Below are positions 52,801 through 62,232 of a stretch of 64,000 bases of DNA, in pieces. A program made the position numbers and the translations under genes. The first letter of the stretch is position 1, and each line of letters begins with the position of its first letter. The notes under the pieces are model-generated. The model had not been told where the DNA came from, did no database searches, and worked only from the letters and a program-made list of their open reading frames with translations. The DNA lies in contig OZ253555.1 of assembly GCA_965262725.1 (NCBI GenBank), forward strand, positions 2,432,001-2,496,000, read 5' to 3'. Source of the DNA: Dehalococcoidia bacterium (GTDB lineage Bacteria > Chloroflexota > Dehalococcoidia > UBA2979).

Positions 52801-55800
52801 ACCGCGACATCGAACGTGGGGGCGTGGCCCCCGGCGGAGACGCTCAGTGTCACGTCATACTCGTTGTCGCCGCGGCGCTCGGGATCCTCGAAGTCCGGAG
52901 CTGTCTTGAAGGCCAGCCTGCCGCTCGAGGAGCTGAAGTCGAACTTGTCAGCGTCGCCCCCCGCGAGCGGCAGCCAGGCAATGGTGGCGTTCTCCGGGTC
53001 CGTCGCCCGGTACGTTGCGATGAGGAGCGTGCCCTCCTCCTCGACGCTCGGCGCGGCGTCGCCGGTGATGGTGGGCCGCTCATTCACGGGCAAGACGGTG
53101 ACGGTCACCCGCAGCTCGCCGATATGGCCGCCGTCGTCCTGCGCCCGCACCGTCACCTCGTACGTGTTGTCCGGCCGAGCCTCGAAGTCGGGTTCGCTCA
53201 CGAAGCTGAGGGCGCCGTTGTCGAACGCGAAGTGGCGGGCATCCGCTCCCGTGAGCGTCGTCCAGCTCACGGCCTCGTTCTCCGGGTCCCTGGCGGTGTA
53301 GGTGCCGACAGATGTGCCGCTGTTCTCCGCCTTCGCCACGGCTTCGGGGCCCATCACCTCCGGCGCCTCGTCCTCGTCCCCGACGGCAATCTCTACGGAG
53401 ATCGTGTTGTCGACGACAGGGGGGTCCTCGGCCACGTTGTTGGCGTCCTTCCCGTCACTGACGCCAACCCTGATGGTGTGGCTGACGGCTGCCTCACGGT
53501 CGAGCGAGGCTTTCGTCACCAACTGGCCCGTCGCGGTGTTGATGTCGAAGAGGTTGGCGCCGCTGGTGATGGAATAGGTCAGCGTGTCGTTGTCGCCGGC
53601 GACGGCCGCGACGGGGGCGCCGATGTTCCGTCCGGCGAGGGTGTTTTCCGGCACGCTGCGCATGCCGTTCTCGGTCGACGGGAACTCCGGCACCTCGTTC
53701 ACGTCGCGGATGGTGACCGTCACGGGCAGCTCGCCGGTCTCACCCTCGCTGTCGAGGGCGTTCACCGTGATGTCGTAGACGTTGTTTCCGCCGGAGTCGG
53801 CGGGGTGCTCATAGTCCGGAATGGCCGCGAACGAGAGGACGCCGGCCGCGGTGATGGCGAAGTCGAGGCGGTCGGTCCCGACCACCGACCACTGGTACGT
53901 GAGGCCGGGCATCCTCTCCGGGTCGCTCGCGGTGAAGGTGGCGAGCGTGCGGTCGTGGCTCTCGTCGACCGTGAGCGCGTTGTTGTTCACGGTGACGCCG
54001 CCGGTCGCCGCTAACGAGATGTCCGCCGGCTCGTCCACGTCGGCTACGGTGACCGTCACCGTGATCGTGTCGTCGACTGTCATGTCCACGTGACCGTTGG
54101 TGTCCTTGCCGTCGTGGACGGACATCGTGAAGGAATAACTGGACCTGCTCTCGTGGTTGAGCGCCCCCTTGGTCTGCAGCTGCCCACTCGACTCAACGAC
54201 CCCGAAGGGAGCAGCGTCCGCGCCGGAGATTGCGAAGGTCAGAGCGTCGCTGTCGGCATCATCGGCCGCGATCGCGGTGCCGATGTTCTGACCGGCTGGC
54301 GTGTTCTCGTCCACGCTGCGGGCACCATCCTCGGTCGCCGGGAACTCCGGATCGTGATTCTGGATAGCCGGCGTGCCCACCACGGTCGCAGACCATTCAC
54401 CGGATCCGGCGCCGTTGGCCGCGCGGACCTGCAGATCGTACGCAGTGCCGTTTACCAGGCTGATCAGGTCACGCAGATCGCCGCCGACGGTGGACGTCCA
54501 GATGCTGGCCTGCTCGGTCCAGTTGGCGTCGGCCTTGTCGGTGGCGTTGCTCTCGATGTAGCGCAGGTCGTACCGCTCGATGGCGATCCCACCGTCGTCG
54601 GCTGGTGCGCTCCACGTCACGACCAACTCGCCGTCGCGGGGCGAGACGCCGGTGATGGCGGCAGCCCCGGGAACGGTCGGCGTCGTGGCCTCGATGGTTT
54701 CGGACCACCCGCCCGCGCCCTGGTCGTTGACGGCGCGCACCTGGAGGTCGTAGCCGACCGCTCCGACGAGTCCGCCGACCTCGTACTCGAGATCGCCGGA
54801 TGACCAGGCGTCCTCCACCTCGGTCCAGTTGTCGTCTGCCTTGTCCGCCTCGGCGCTGCGGATGTAGCGCACGTCGTAGGCGGAAACTGCCGAGGCGCCG
54901 GTGTCGTCGGGGGCGGTCCATGCGAGGGTGATGGCGCCGGGCCCGGCGTTCGCAGACGTGATGCTGGGGGAGTCGGGGATGTAGCCGTGGCCGTAGGCCG
55001 TCAGCTTCCAGGAGTGGAGTCTCCCCGTGTCACCAGTGCGCTCGTCCGTGATGCGCAGTGTCCACTCGCCGGCGGCTTGCTCTCCCAGATGCCTCGCAGA
55101 GCCCAGGCGGTATGTGACGTCGTCTGCACGCTTGTCGCTGCTGCGCGACGCCTCGACGTCGGGGGGGAGCAGCGTGGAGGTGGCACCGGTCGGGGACACG
55201 AGCTCGATGCGCAGATCCCGGTAGTTCCGGTGGGTCAGTCCCAGCTCGATCGCGAGGAACTCGACGAAGCCGACGTGGGGGCCGAGCGTGACGCTGCTGG
55301 ACACGGCGTCCGCGGTGCCTGAGCTGGGCGGGTCGGGAATCGCCAATGCCGGACTGGCAGTGGCGCTGACTTCCCGGAACGCTGGGAGAGGGGTCCAGTT
55401 GTTCGCCAGCGCGACGGCGGCGCCGGCGTCGACCACACCGAATCCGTACTCGTGGCTGAACGAGTAGTGCTCGTCGGCCGAGCCGTACTTCAGCGAGCCG
55501 TCCTGCCAGCCGGTGTTGGCGGGGTCGTTCTTGCGTGCGGATGTGGCGAGGATGAGCTTCACATCCCGCCAGAAGAGATCGCGATTCGCGGCACGGACCA
55601 GCGCGGCCACGCCGGACACGATGGGGGCGGCGGCAGAGGTGCCCGTGAAGTTCAAGTCGTAGGTATTGCCCACGCTGGTTGTCGCGATGCCCGGCAGGGC
55701 CGCATCCTTGTCCTGGGATGGGGCGCAGATCCAGAGGTTCGCACCGAGTTCCGAGTACCCGGCCCTCACGTCGTTGTAGTCGACGGCGCAGACGGTGGTA

Positions 55801-57884
55801 ACGGCGTAGTGGTTCTGTCGCTCGTCGAGATTGGCGTTGTTTTGGGGGTGTCCATTGCCGGCGATCCAGACGTAAAACACTCCCTTTCCGTCGTACCCTG
55901 ATCTCACGCCCTCTTCCACCGCCATCTCCCAGTCACTGTTCGCGGTGCGCATTGTGCCGAACGAGGGGAGCCGCCAACTGTTGTTGGACACGGCGGTCAC
56001 GTCCGCCAGGTGGGCCGCGGCGTTCGCTTCATTGGCGAGGCCGGGCCTCTGGCTTATTCCGCCCCACAGGTTGTAGCCGTAGATGGTCGCGCGGGGAGCC
56101 ACGCCGCGCACGCCGATGTCGTTGTCGCGTCCCGCGATGATCCCGGCCACCTGGGTGCCGTGGACTGCTCCGGGATACCGCACACCCAGCCCGGTGATGT
56201 CGTGGTGGCCCATCGTGTCGTCGTCGGGATCGGCGCTTTCGTACTCGTACCCACGGAGATCGCTGTGCAGGTAGTCCAACCCCTCGTCGACGATCACGAC
56301 GTTCACGCCCTCCCCCAGCGTGGTCTCCCAGGCTGCCTCGACGTTGATGTCGTACCCCGCTCCAGAGCCGAACTGCCCGGTGTTCTCGAGGTGCCACTCG
56401 CACCCGTACAGGGGATCGTCTTGCGACGTGCCCAGGGCCAGGCAGGCCTCCTCCTCTGCGACCGCGTCAGCCGCGACCGAGGCGTGGAGCAGGTAGGTCC
56501 CTGTGTCGCTCGTGGCGCCCTCGATGCGGATCGTGTACGTGCCCGCCGGGAGCCGCTCGAGCGCCCAGAGGCTCAGATCCTTCCCGTCGATCGCCGGCCA
56601 GCCGCCTTCGTTGAGGTAGTAGAGGTCTATCTCCATGTCCTGGCTGTCGAACAGGGTCGGCGTGAGACCCAGGGTGCCCCCGTGGTCGTGTGCCTCCAGC
56701 AGCACGTAGGTCGTGCTCTCCAGTGTGAGGCTGAAGTAGTCCTCATCCTCGGTAGCGTCGATCCGCCCCGGCGCCGGCACGGTCAGCATGAGCGGGGACG
56801 CGGTTGCCGAAGAGTCACCGGGCCCGGCGACCGATCGCACATACAGGATGTAGCTCCCAGCTGCATCGGAGTCGCCGCCCTGGACCTTGATGTAGTACGT
56901 CTCGTCCGCCTCGACGCTGGCGCGGAGCGAGAACGAGCTTTCGTTGTCCGTGAGCTCGCTGTCGTCGTTCTGGGCGATGACGCTCTGGCTGGAGTCCAGG
57001 AGCTTACCCTTCGTGTCGGTGTCCCCGATGGCCAGCACCCAGAGGTCGGTGGCGCTGGTTGGCTCGATCCTGAAGAAGTGGACGCCGCCCGCGCTCAACG
57101 TGCCGGGGACCAGCGCGTCGAGGCCAACTTCCGTCGCCGTCGCGATGGTGCTCGCGGCAGCCGCAGCGCGAACGTGTAGCGTGTACGAGCCCGTCTGTTG
57201 CGCGCCGTTACCGCCAACGCTGATGTACCAGGTGCCCGCCGCCAGTTCTTCGCGGATAGCGAGGTGCGCGGGGTCTGGTGGAAGCCCCCCATCGTCGTTC
57301 GAGACAGTGGTGGCACCGACGCTGTTCCTCACCGCACCCGCGGTGTCGAAGTCGCCCGTCGTATAGACCAAGAGATCCGTGGCGCTTCCCAAGACGAGTT
57401 CGAAGTAGTCCTCGTCGCCGGTGACGTGGACGCGCCCGTGTACGGAGGAGTCGAGTGTGATGGCGGTGGCGCTGGAGATCGTGGCGCCGTGGTCGTTGGT
57501 GGTGCCGGTGGAGGTGGAGGACCAGTCGCCGGCGAGAGCGGAGTTTTCGGCGCGTACCTGCACGTCGTACCCGGTGCTGTCCCGCAGTCCCGCGATCTCG
57601 TATGAGAGGGCGCCCGTGGTCCAGGCATCCTCCTCGAGGGTCCAGTTGGCGTCGTCGGCCTTGCTCGCGTCTGTCGCGTCGCTCTCGATGTAGCGCAAGT
57701 CGTAGAAGTTGATCGCCGAGCCGCCGTCGTCGGAGGGCGCGCTCCAGACGACCGTGAGCGAGGTCGCCGTGGCGGTAACCGAGTCGATGGTCGGGGCCCC
57801 GGGAGCGGTCTGCGCATGGACGCGGTCGGCCGCCACGAGCAGGCAGATCACGGCGCAGGCGGCGAGCAGCGATCGCGACGTCAA
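49839..57884 (-). CDS. giant secreted kexin/furin-like S8 protease with FN3, PPC, P-domain, cadherin repeats and shared C-terminal module
   Basis: Signal peptide; catalytic IVDEGLD, HGTQVAG, AGNG, GTSAAAP; YGFGVVDAGAAV; P-domain GEWTLRITD; cadherin DxN.P / LD.E motifs. Confidence 0.92.
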   Translation of the reverse strand: MTSRSLLAACAVICLLVAADRVHAQTAPGAPTIDSVTATATSLTVVWSAPSDDGGSAINFYDLRYIESDATDASKADDANWTLEEDAWTTGALSYEIAGLRDSTGYDVQVRAENSALAGDWSSTSTGTTNDHGATISSATAITLDSSVHGRVHVTGDEDYFELVLGSATDLLVYTTGDFDTAGAVRNSVGATTVSNDDGGLPPDPAHLAIREELAAGTWYISVGGNGAQQTGSYTLHVRAAAAASTIATATEVGLDALVPGTLSAGGVHFFRIEPTSATDLWVLAIGDTDTKGKLLDSSQSVIAQNDDSELTDNESSFSLRASVEADETYYIKVQGGDSDAAGSYILYVRSVAGPGDSSATASPLMLTVPAPGRIDATEDEDYFSLTLESTTYVLLEAHDHGGTLGLTPTLFDSQDMEIDLYYLNEGGWPAIDGKDLSLWALERLPAGTYTIRIEGATSDTGTYLLHASVAADAVAEEEACLALGTSQDDPLYGCEWHLENTGQFGSGAGYDINVEAAWETTLGEGVNVVIVDEGLDYLHSDLRGYEYESADPDDDTMGHHDITGLGVRYPGAVHGTQVAGIIAGRDNDIGVRGVAPRATIYGYNLWGGISQRPGLANEANAAAHLADVTAVSNNSWRLPSFGTMRTANSDWEMAVEEGVRSGYDGKGVFYVWIAGNGHPQNNANLDERQNHYAVTTVCAVDYNDVRAGYSELGANLWICAPSQDKDAALPGIATTSVGNTYDLNFTGTSAAAPIVSGVAALVRAANRDLFWRDVKLILATSARKNDPANTGWQDGSLKYGSADEHYSFSHEYGFGVVDAGAAVALANNWTPLPAFREVSATASPALAIPDPPSSGTADAVSSSVTLGPHVGFVEFLAIELGLTHRNYRDLRIELVSPTGATSTLLPPDVEASRSSDKRADDVTYRLGSARHLGEQAAGEWTLRITDERTGDTGRLHSWKLTAYGHGYIPDSPSITSANAGPGAITLAWTAPDDTGASAVSAYDVRYIRSAEADKADDNWTEVEDAWSSGDLEYEVGGLVGAVGYDLQVRAVNDQGAGGWSETIEATTPTVPGAAAITGVSPRDGELVVTWSAPADDGGIAIERYDLRYIESNATDKADANWTEQASIWTSTVGGDLRDLISLVNGTAYDLQVRAANGAGSGEWSATVVGTPAIQNHDPEFPATEDGARSVDENTPAGQNIGTAIAADDADSDALTFAISGADAAPFGVVESSGQLQTKGALNHESRSSYSFTMSVHDGKDTNGHVDMTVDDTITVTVTVADVDEPADISLAATGGVTVNNNALTVDESHDRTLATFTASDPERMPGLTYQWSVVGTDRLDFAITAAGVLSFAAIPDYEHPADSGGNNVYDITVNALDSEGETGELPVTVTIRDVNEVPEFPSTENGMRSVPENTLAGRNIGAPVAAVAGDNDTLTYSITSGANLFDINTATGQLVTKASLDREAAVSHTIRVGVSDGKDANNVAEDPPVVDNTISVEIAVGDEDEAPEVMGPEAVAKAENSGTSVGTYTARDPENEAVSWTTLTGADARHFAFDNGALSFVSEPDFEARPDNTYEVTVRAQDDGGHIGELRVTVTVLPVNERPTITGDAAPSVEEEGTLLIATYRATDPENATIAWLPLAGGDADKFDFSSSSGRLAFKTAPDFEDPERRGDNEYDVTLSVSAGGHAPTFDVAVTVTNKEEPGMLALPATRPREEADYTATLSDPDGVQSTTWTWERSTSRSGPWTAVSGAVNSIATSSVYTPVTGDVGDYLRATATYTDGHGPNKSGSAVSNNPVRAKPVTNNPPTFTETSPTRSIAENAGANAPVGGRVTATDPDSGDTVRYEVEPVPDLFTIDGSNGQIRVKNRGALDHETAPSHTVTVKALDSSNAFDTVQVTIEVTDVNEPPDALADAPNSFDEDTEIRIDVLANDSDPEDDRSELLLTVFNSGPNAPRNGAVTVNEPANAGENRTITYEPNADYNGADTFTYRVRDTGSPSLSSTASVSVQIDAVNDAPAFGESMPARSVSESAEAGARVGAPVTATDVDGGDTLTYSRYGADASSFEIDRQDGQITVGGGVTFDIATKNTYTLTVDASDGNGGSATVEVTITVTAGPVGPPIITGGGGGGGPSGPSPSLLDFEWNVTHDIDELDGGHDKPSGLWSDGVTLSLLENGDGADDAIYAYALESGERVEGREFELDERNRAPRGIWSDGETAWVSDSGQNHLFAHDLATGERLPERDIELADRNRDARGIWSDGATMWVLDGGKNALFAYNLESGELLAEYALDSTNGDPHGIWSDGTTFWVSDDGAKRLLAYRLPAPEEPAAEDAEPQDLERVIDEEFKELSKASNNSPRGIWSDGDVMYVADESDDKVYTYNMPDAIDARLASLTLSGVELGEFLPVRTDYRGTGGDGVTETTVTAEALQRRTSVDIDPPDADEEAEGHQVALEGTSEITVTVMSADGSRELVYRVRLRDPEPTAASGPTSHCFRGDVAAGFSLVIYEGGSIEDLLVCALSRHIVALYVLDDGVYVPYIVGAPEFVNRSFQELYADGVLPLTPFVAGSDGPPSADTAVDRPPEDELATLRGSSCLHGEIATGFSLVLYQGGSLEELATCAQGHNITALYALDEGSYFPYILGAPDFVNRSFFELFTDGLPALTPLVAKSDSPLTASADSGNAAEN

Positions 57885-58152
57885 TTTGCGATCACCCCCG
57901 ACATCCGGTTGCCGCTGCGCGGACTGGTGTCCAGGGAATAATAACCGTTATAATTATATGATGTCGAGACCATGAAGTATCGGCGAAGGCAGGTAGTTCG
58001 GGCCCGAAGCGGCTAGCTGAATTGACTCACGCCTGCGGAGCCCGGTTCCAGGACGCGCTCGATGCGCGCATCGAGGGGGGTGAAACGCCGCGCGGTTGGA
58101 TCGCGGGTGGCTCTGATCTTCTAGACTGGTTCCGTAGACGGAGGAGGCCACC

Positions 58153-58422
58153 ATGGTGACTCGCCGCCCCGCTGAGGAGATCGCCCGTCTCGGCAACAGG
58201 ATCTACGAGCGTGACGTCCGGCGGGAGGTCGAGGACGCCCACGATGGAGAATTCGTCGCCATCGATGTGGAAAGCGGCGGCTGGGCCCTCGCCGGGAGCG
58301 AGCTTGCCGCAGCGGAGCGCCTGCGGGAACGTCAACCGGACGCGATCAATGTCTGGCTGCTGCGGGTCGGCTACCGAGCGATCGCGAGTATCGGAGGCGG
58401 CTCCCTGCGGAGCAGCAGTTGA
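58153..58422 (+). CDS. small hypothetical protein paired with the aspartic protease
   Basis: GGAGG RBS; G..IYE...GEFVAIDVESG; overlaps the next gene. Confidence 0.75.
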   Translation: MVTRRPAEEIARLGNRIYERDVRREVEDAHDGEFVAIDVESGGWALAGSELAAAERLRERQPDAINVWLLRVGYRAIASIGGGSLRSSS

Positions 58423-58787
58423 TCGAAGGCGCTGTCAACGCGGCCCTCGAGTCCATCGTCGCTCTCGAACTCCGCGGCCCGGCAGGCCAGGTTCGGCACG
58501 TCGACGCTGTCGTGGACACTGGTTTCAGCCGCTTTCTGACGCTGCCCCCATCAGTGGTGGCAGAGTTGGGACTGGCGTTCGCTGGCGCACGCCTAGTGAT
58601 TCTCGCCGACGGCAGTGAAGTGGCGCTTGATGCACATGCGGTCACGGTGCTGTGGGATGGCCGGCCGAGGGACATCGTGGCCTACGCGGCGGATACGACT
58701 CCTCTCATCGGGATGTCGATGCTCGACAGCCACAGCCTGTACCTGGAAGTCGAGGATGGCGGGCGCCTCGTTATCGAGGCCCGCTGA
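58419..58787 (+). CDS. clan AA (retropepsin-like) aspartic protease
   Basis: AVVDTGF..FLTLP, LADGS, PLIGM..L. Confidence 0.85.
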   Translation: MIEGAVNAALESIVALELRGPAGQVRHVDAVVDTGFSRFLTLPPSVVAELGLAFAGARLVILADGSEVALDAHAVTVLWDGRPRDIVAYAADTTPLIGMSMLDSHSLYLEVEDGGRLVIEAR

Positions 58788-59012
58788 AGCAGGCGGCGCT
58801 CGACTCTCGGTGCTCTGGGACGGCGAGGCGAGATACATCGAAGCCGCGCAGCACGCTCGGCTCGGTGTTGCTGCTGGCGGCGGTCGGGGCGGCGCTCGCG
58901 TGCACGGGCGGCGGCGTTGCGCCCACGCCCCCGGCCTCCCCGCGGGACGCCACCGCACCACTGCGATCTCCAAGCCTCGGACGGCGCGGCCCGCATCGTC
59001 GGTCGTGGCAGC

Positions 59013-60836
59013 ATGAGGACGATGGGCGGTCGCCTGCTCGCGGCGTCTCTGGCGCTCGCGCTCATGCTGGCCGGGGCGTGCTCCGGCGCAGGGGCTCCGG
59101 CCTCGCCGCAGGCCGCGACGGGATCCCCGTCCCCGGCGGCGTCACGCGGGCCGGCGGAGCCACGGTCCACCGCCGCCCCGCCTACAGCGCCGACGGAGGC
59201 GGCGAGCACCGCGCTCGAGCGCATCACGCGCACGCTGACGGTGTCGGCGACGGGTGAGGGCACGGTGACGCCCGACGGGACGACGACGCACGAGGACGGC
59301 GTCGAGGTCACGCTTCGGGCGAGCTGGTCGGACGCGACGCACGAGTTCAGCTGGGGCGGGGACTGCAGCGGGACGGCCTCGAGGTGCGTTCTGACGATGG
59401 ACGCGGCGAAGAGCGTGACGGCGACGTTCACGGCGCTGCCGGCGGGTCGCTGTGCGCAGCCGAGTGACGCGGACTGCATCCGTGCCGTGTACCGGGGAGC
59501 GCCCGGCGACTACGCGCAGGTGGTGGACATCCCCGCAGACGTGCTGCTCGAGCCCGACGCGAACGGGCGCTACCGCGTGGCGCGCGGGCAGCAGCTGACG
59601 GTGGTGACGGCGGCGGCGCTGCCCGCGGGCTGGACGCGCTTCTACCTGGAGCGGAGTCCCCTGGAGTTCGGGACTCCCAGCCCGGTGAGTGCCTCGCAGC
59701 TGATCGCGCCCGTGGGGACGACGTACACGTTCACGCCGGCGGCGGACGAGGCCGGCTCCACGCTGATCACGTTCGACCTGACGGCGGCACGGCCGTTCGT
59801 GCGGCCGCGGCCCGACGGCAAGCCGGAGCTCGGCGACGTCATCGTGACGACGGTCTTCCAGGTGGAGACGGACATCTTCAGCTACGACAGCTTCGACACC
59901 ACGGGCGCGGCGACCGCGGCGGGGAGCTACGCGTTCCTGATGCCGGACGGCACCTCGACGAGCGTCGTCACCACGTATGAGCAATTGCGCACCGAGTCCA
60001 CGGTGATGCGCGTGAACGTCGACGACGCCCACGGTGCGTCGTGGGCAAGCTTCTACAACGCGGTCGAGGTCGGTGACGTCGTCGAGTGGCGCGAGGCCGA
60101 CGACTGCTGGGCGCGCTACCTGGTCACATCCACGCCGACTGCCACCACAGGCGCGACGCGGGACTTCGGCGTCCGGTGGGTCACCTACTCCTACACCGGG
60201 TGCTCGGGCGAGGTGGACGCGGGGGCGGTCGTCCAGGCGGGATGGGCGCCGGAGGACATCAAGTCGCCCGACATCAGGTCGCCGGTCTATCACGGGCACT
60301 TCCTCGTGATGCCCGTGTCCTGGGCGGACAGGATCGACACGCGCGTGCATACCCGCTTCCCGCCGCCGGCCGGGTTCGGTGCCACCTCCGAGTCGGCGAG
60401 TACCACGAGCATCGCCGAGGCGCGCGGGTACCCCCTGTGGCGCGAGCCGGCCCTGCCCGAGGACTGGGTGTTCCGGAGCGCGGAAACATCAACCCCCGAT
60501 GCGCCCGTCTACGGATTCTCCGCGATCTACGGCTATAGGGCGGTCGAGGTCGCCGTGGGGCATCTGGTGTGGACGCCGGAGTACCTGACGGCGCTCAGCG
60601 GGACGGAGTGGATCAGGGAACTGCGCATCATCGACGGCCGGCCGGCGACGTTGACGTACACGCCCGTGGAGAACAGGCGACCGGGTACCGGCCTCCCGAC
60701 CGAAGTGCTCATCTACGACCAGGACACGCGCATCTACTACCTGGTGATCGGTTTCGACGAATCCCTGACCGGCAGCAACATCGACGCCACGATCGCGATA
60801 GCGCGCAGTCTCCTTCCCCAGGCAGACCCGCCGTGA
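59013..60836 (+). CDS. exported lipoprotein with an InlB-B-like repeat and unknown domains
   Basis: Lipobox LAGAC, PT linker, LTVS..G.GTVT...F.WGGDCSG...C.LTMD.AKSVTATF. Confidence 0.75.
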   Translation: MRTMGGRLLAASLALALMLAGACSGAGAPASPQAATGSPSPAASRGPAEPRSTAAPPTAPTEAASTALERITRTLTVSATGEGTVTPDGTTTHEDGVEVTLRASWSDATHEFSWGGDCSGTASRCVLTMDAAKSVTATFTALPAGRCAQPSDADCIRAVYRGAPGDYAQVVDIPADVLLEPDANGRYRVARGQQLTVVTAAALPAGWTRFYLERSPLEFGTPSPVSASQLIAPVGTTYTFTPAADEAGSTLITFDLTAARPFVRPRPDGKPELGDVIVTTVFQVETDIFSYDSFDTTGAATAAGSYAFLMPDGTSTSVVTTYEQLRTESTVMRVNVDDAHGASWASFYNAVEVGDVVEWREADDCWARYLVTSTPTATTGATRDFGVRWVTYSYTGCSGEVDAGAVVQAGWAPEDIKSPDIRSPVYHGHFLVMPVSWADRIDTRVHTRFPPPAGFGATSESASTTSIAEARGYPLWREPALPEDWVFRSAETSTPDAPVYGFSAIYGYRAVEVAVGHLVWTPEYLTALSGTEWIRELRIIDGRPATLTYTPVENRRPGTGLPTEVLIYDQDTRIYYLVIGFDESLTGSNIDATIAIARSLLPQADPP

Positions 60837-61379
60837 GGCGAGCGCTGGGCGTCGTCGCAGCGTTCCTGTCGGTGCTGGGTATCGCCAGTGGCGGTTGCGC
60901 GCCTCCGCACTGCTCGACGGCCAGCTGATCATCACCACGAAGGCCGAGGCCGAAGCCGTGCTCGACAGCGAACAGCGATGCCGCACTCACACGGCCGGAG
61001 CACGCCGGCCTGCGCTCGATCGCAGCCCGAGCCGACTCCGAAATCATCGGCGAGGCGCACTAGCCACCAGCGAGGGCCACGGCGTGCCGGCGAACGTCAG
61101 GTGAGCACGCGCAGGAGAGGCGTTCGCGCGGCGAATGCCCTTCGCGTAGCCCGGGCCGCCGGCGGCAGCACGTCCCTGGCCCGCCTCCACCGAAGGCCCG
61201 ACCGATTCGCGTGCCGGGAGACGCACGGAGGTGCCTCCGTGACTATGGGATAATGGTGCCTGACGGCCTTCCGCCCCTGACGGCGCTGACCGCCAGGAGC
61301 GACGGGTCGCCGGCCACGCACGGGGCGGGAGCGCAACAGCGGTGCCGCATATCGGGGATATATGGAGAGGGAGGATGTG

Positions 61380-61637
61380 ATGCCCACATTCACGAAGATG
61401 AACCCTGCTGATGTCGCCGTCGGGCGCGGGCGCGCCGGTGCGGAGAGGCGGAAGCCCTACATCGAGGCGCTGAACGCGGGCGACGCGGGGAGTGTGGAGC
61501 TTGAGCGCGGCGAGAAGCCGGCGATCGTGAAGCGGCTGCTTCAGGAGGCGGCACGTGAGGCGAACGTCCGCATCCGCTCCTCGTGGGCGGACAGCCAGCA
61601 GCGCATGCTGGTGTGGAAGAAGGTTGGCACGCGCTAG
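61380..61637 (+). CDS. small basic hypothetical protein
   Basis: GGAGG RBS; compact protein-like ORF. Confidence 0.65.
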   Translation: MPTFTKMNPADVAVGRGRAGAERRKPYIEALNAGDAGSVELERGEKPAIVKRLLQEAAREANVRIRSSWADSQQRMLVWKKVGTR

Positions 61638-61666
61638 GCGGCGCACGGAGCGCGCGGCACGCCTAG

Positions 61667-61996
61667 TCAGTCCTCAAGCGGCTCCTGCAGCCATGCCGGG
61701 ATGTCCCGCGCCGCATGCAGGACCCTCCAGACATCCACGTTCGCCTCTCGCTCACGGTAGAAGACCAGATACGGAAACCCCCGCACGACCCGCGAGCGCA
61801 GACCGGGGAGATCGAGCTCACGCGCGTAACGGGGCGAACCGCTTGCAGGGTGCGCGCCCGTACGGTGGAAGGCTTCTTCCAGCGCGTCTATGAAGGCGAG
61901 CGCAACTGCCGCTGGCGCCTCGGCCAGATAGTGTTCGACGGCCTCGTCGATATCGAGACGCGCCCGCTCGCGAAGGACGACAGGCTTCCCGGTCAC
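61667..61996 (-). CDS. parE: ParE/RelE-family toxin
   Basis: A..DI.EA..HY...A..F...LE, GS.RY, FPYLVFY, VWRVLH..RDI. Confidence 0.9.
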   Translation of the reverse strand: MTGKPVVLRERARLDIDEAVEHYLAEAPAAVALAFIDALEEAFHRTGAHPASGSPRYARELDLPGLRSRVVRGFPYLVFYREREANVDVWRVLHAARDIPAWLQEPLED

Positions 61997-62232
61997 CCGT
62001 CGCCAGTCTCGCGGACCCGATCGCGAAGCCCGCCGAAGTAGTCCGCACCGGCGGCGACTGCCGGCGGCGACGCCGCGCCTTCGAGGAGCAGGCCGCGCAG
62101 GCGCTGGCGATCCTGGTCCTTGCGGATCAACTCGCGGACGTACTCGCTTGACGAGCTGTAGCCGCGGACGCCGACCTGCTGGTCCACGAAGGACTTGAGG
62201 GCATCGGGAAGCGAGATGTTCATCGTGCTCAT
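61993..62232 (-). CDS. parD: ParD-family antitoxin
   Basis: MNISLP..LK.FVD.QV...GY.S.SEYVRELIR. Confidence 0.9.
   Translation of the reverse strand: MSTMNISLPDALKSFVDQQVGVRGYSSSSEYVRELIRKDQDRQRLRGLLLEGAASPPAVAAGADYFGGLRDRVRETGDG

Noticed and set aside
57985-58100. c-di-AMP (ydaO) riboswitch
   Set aside because: The motif-like pieces fall on opposite strands and in the wrong order.
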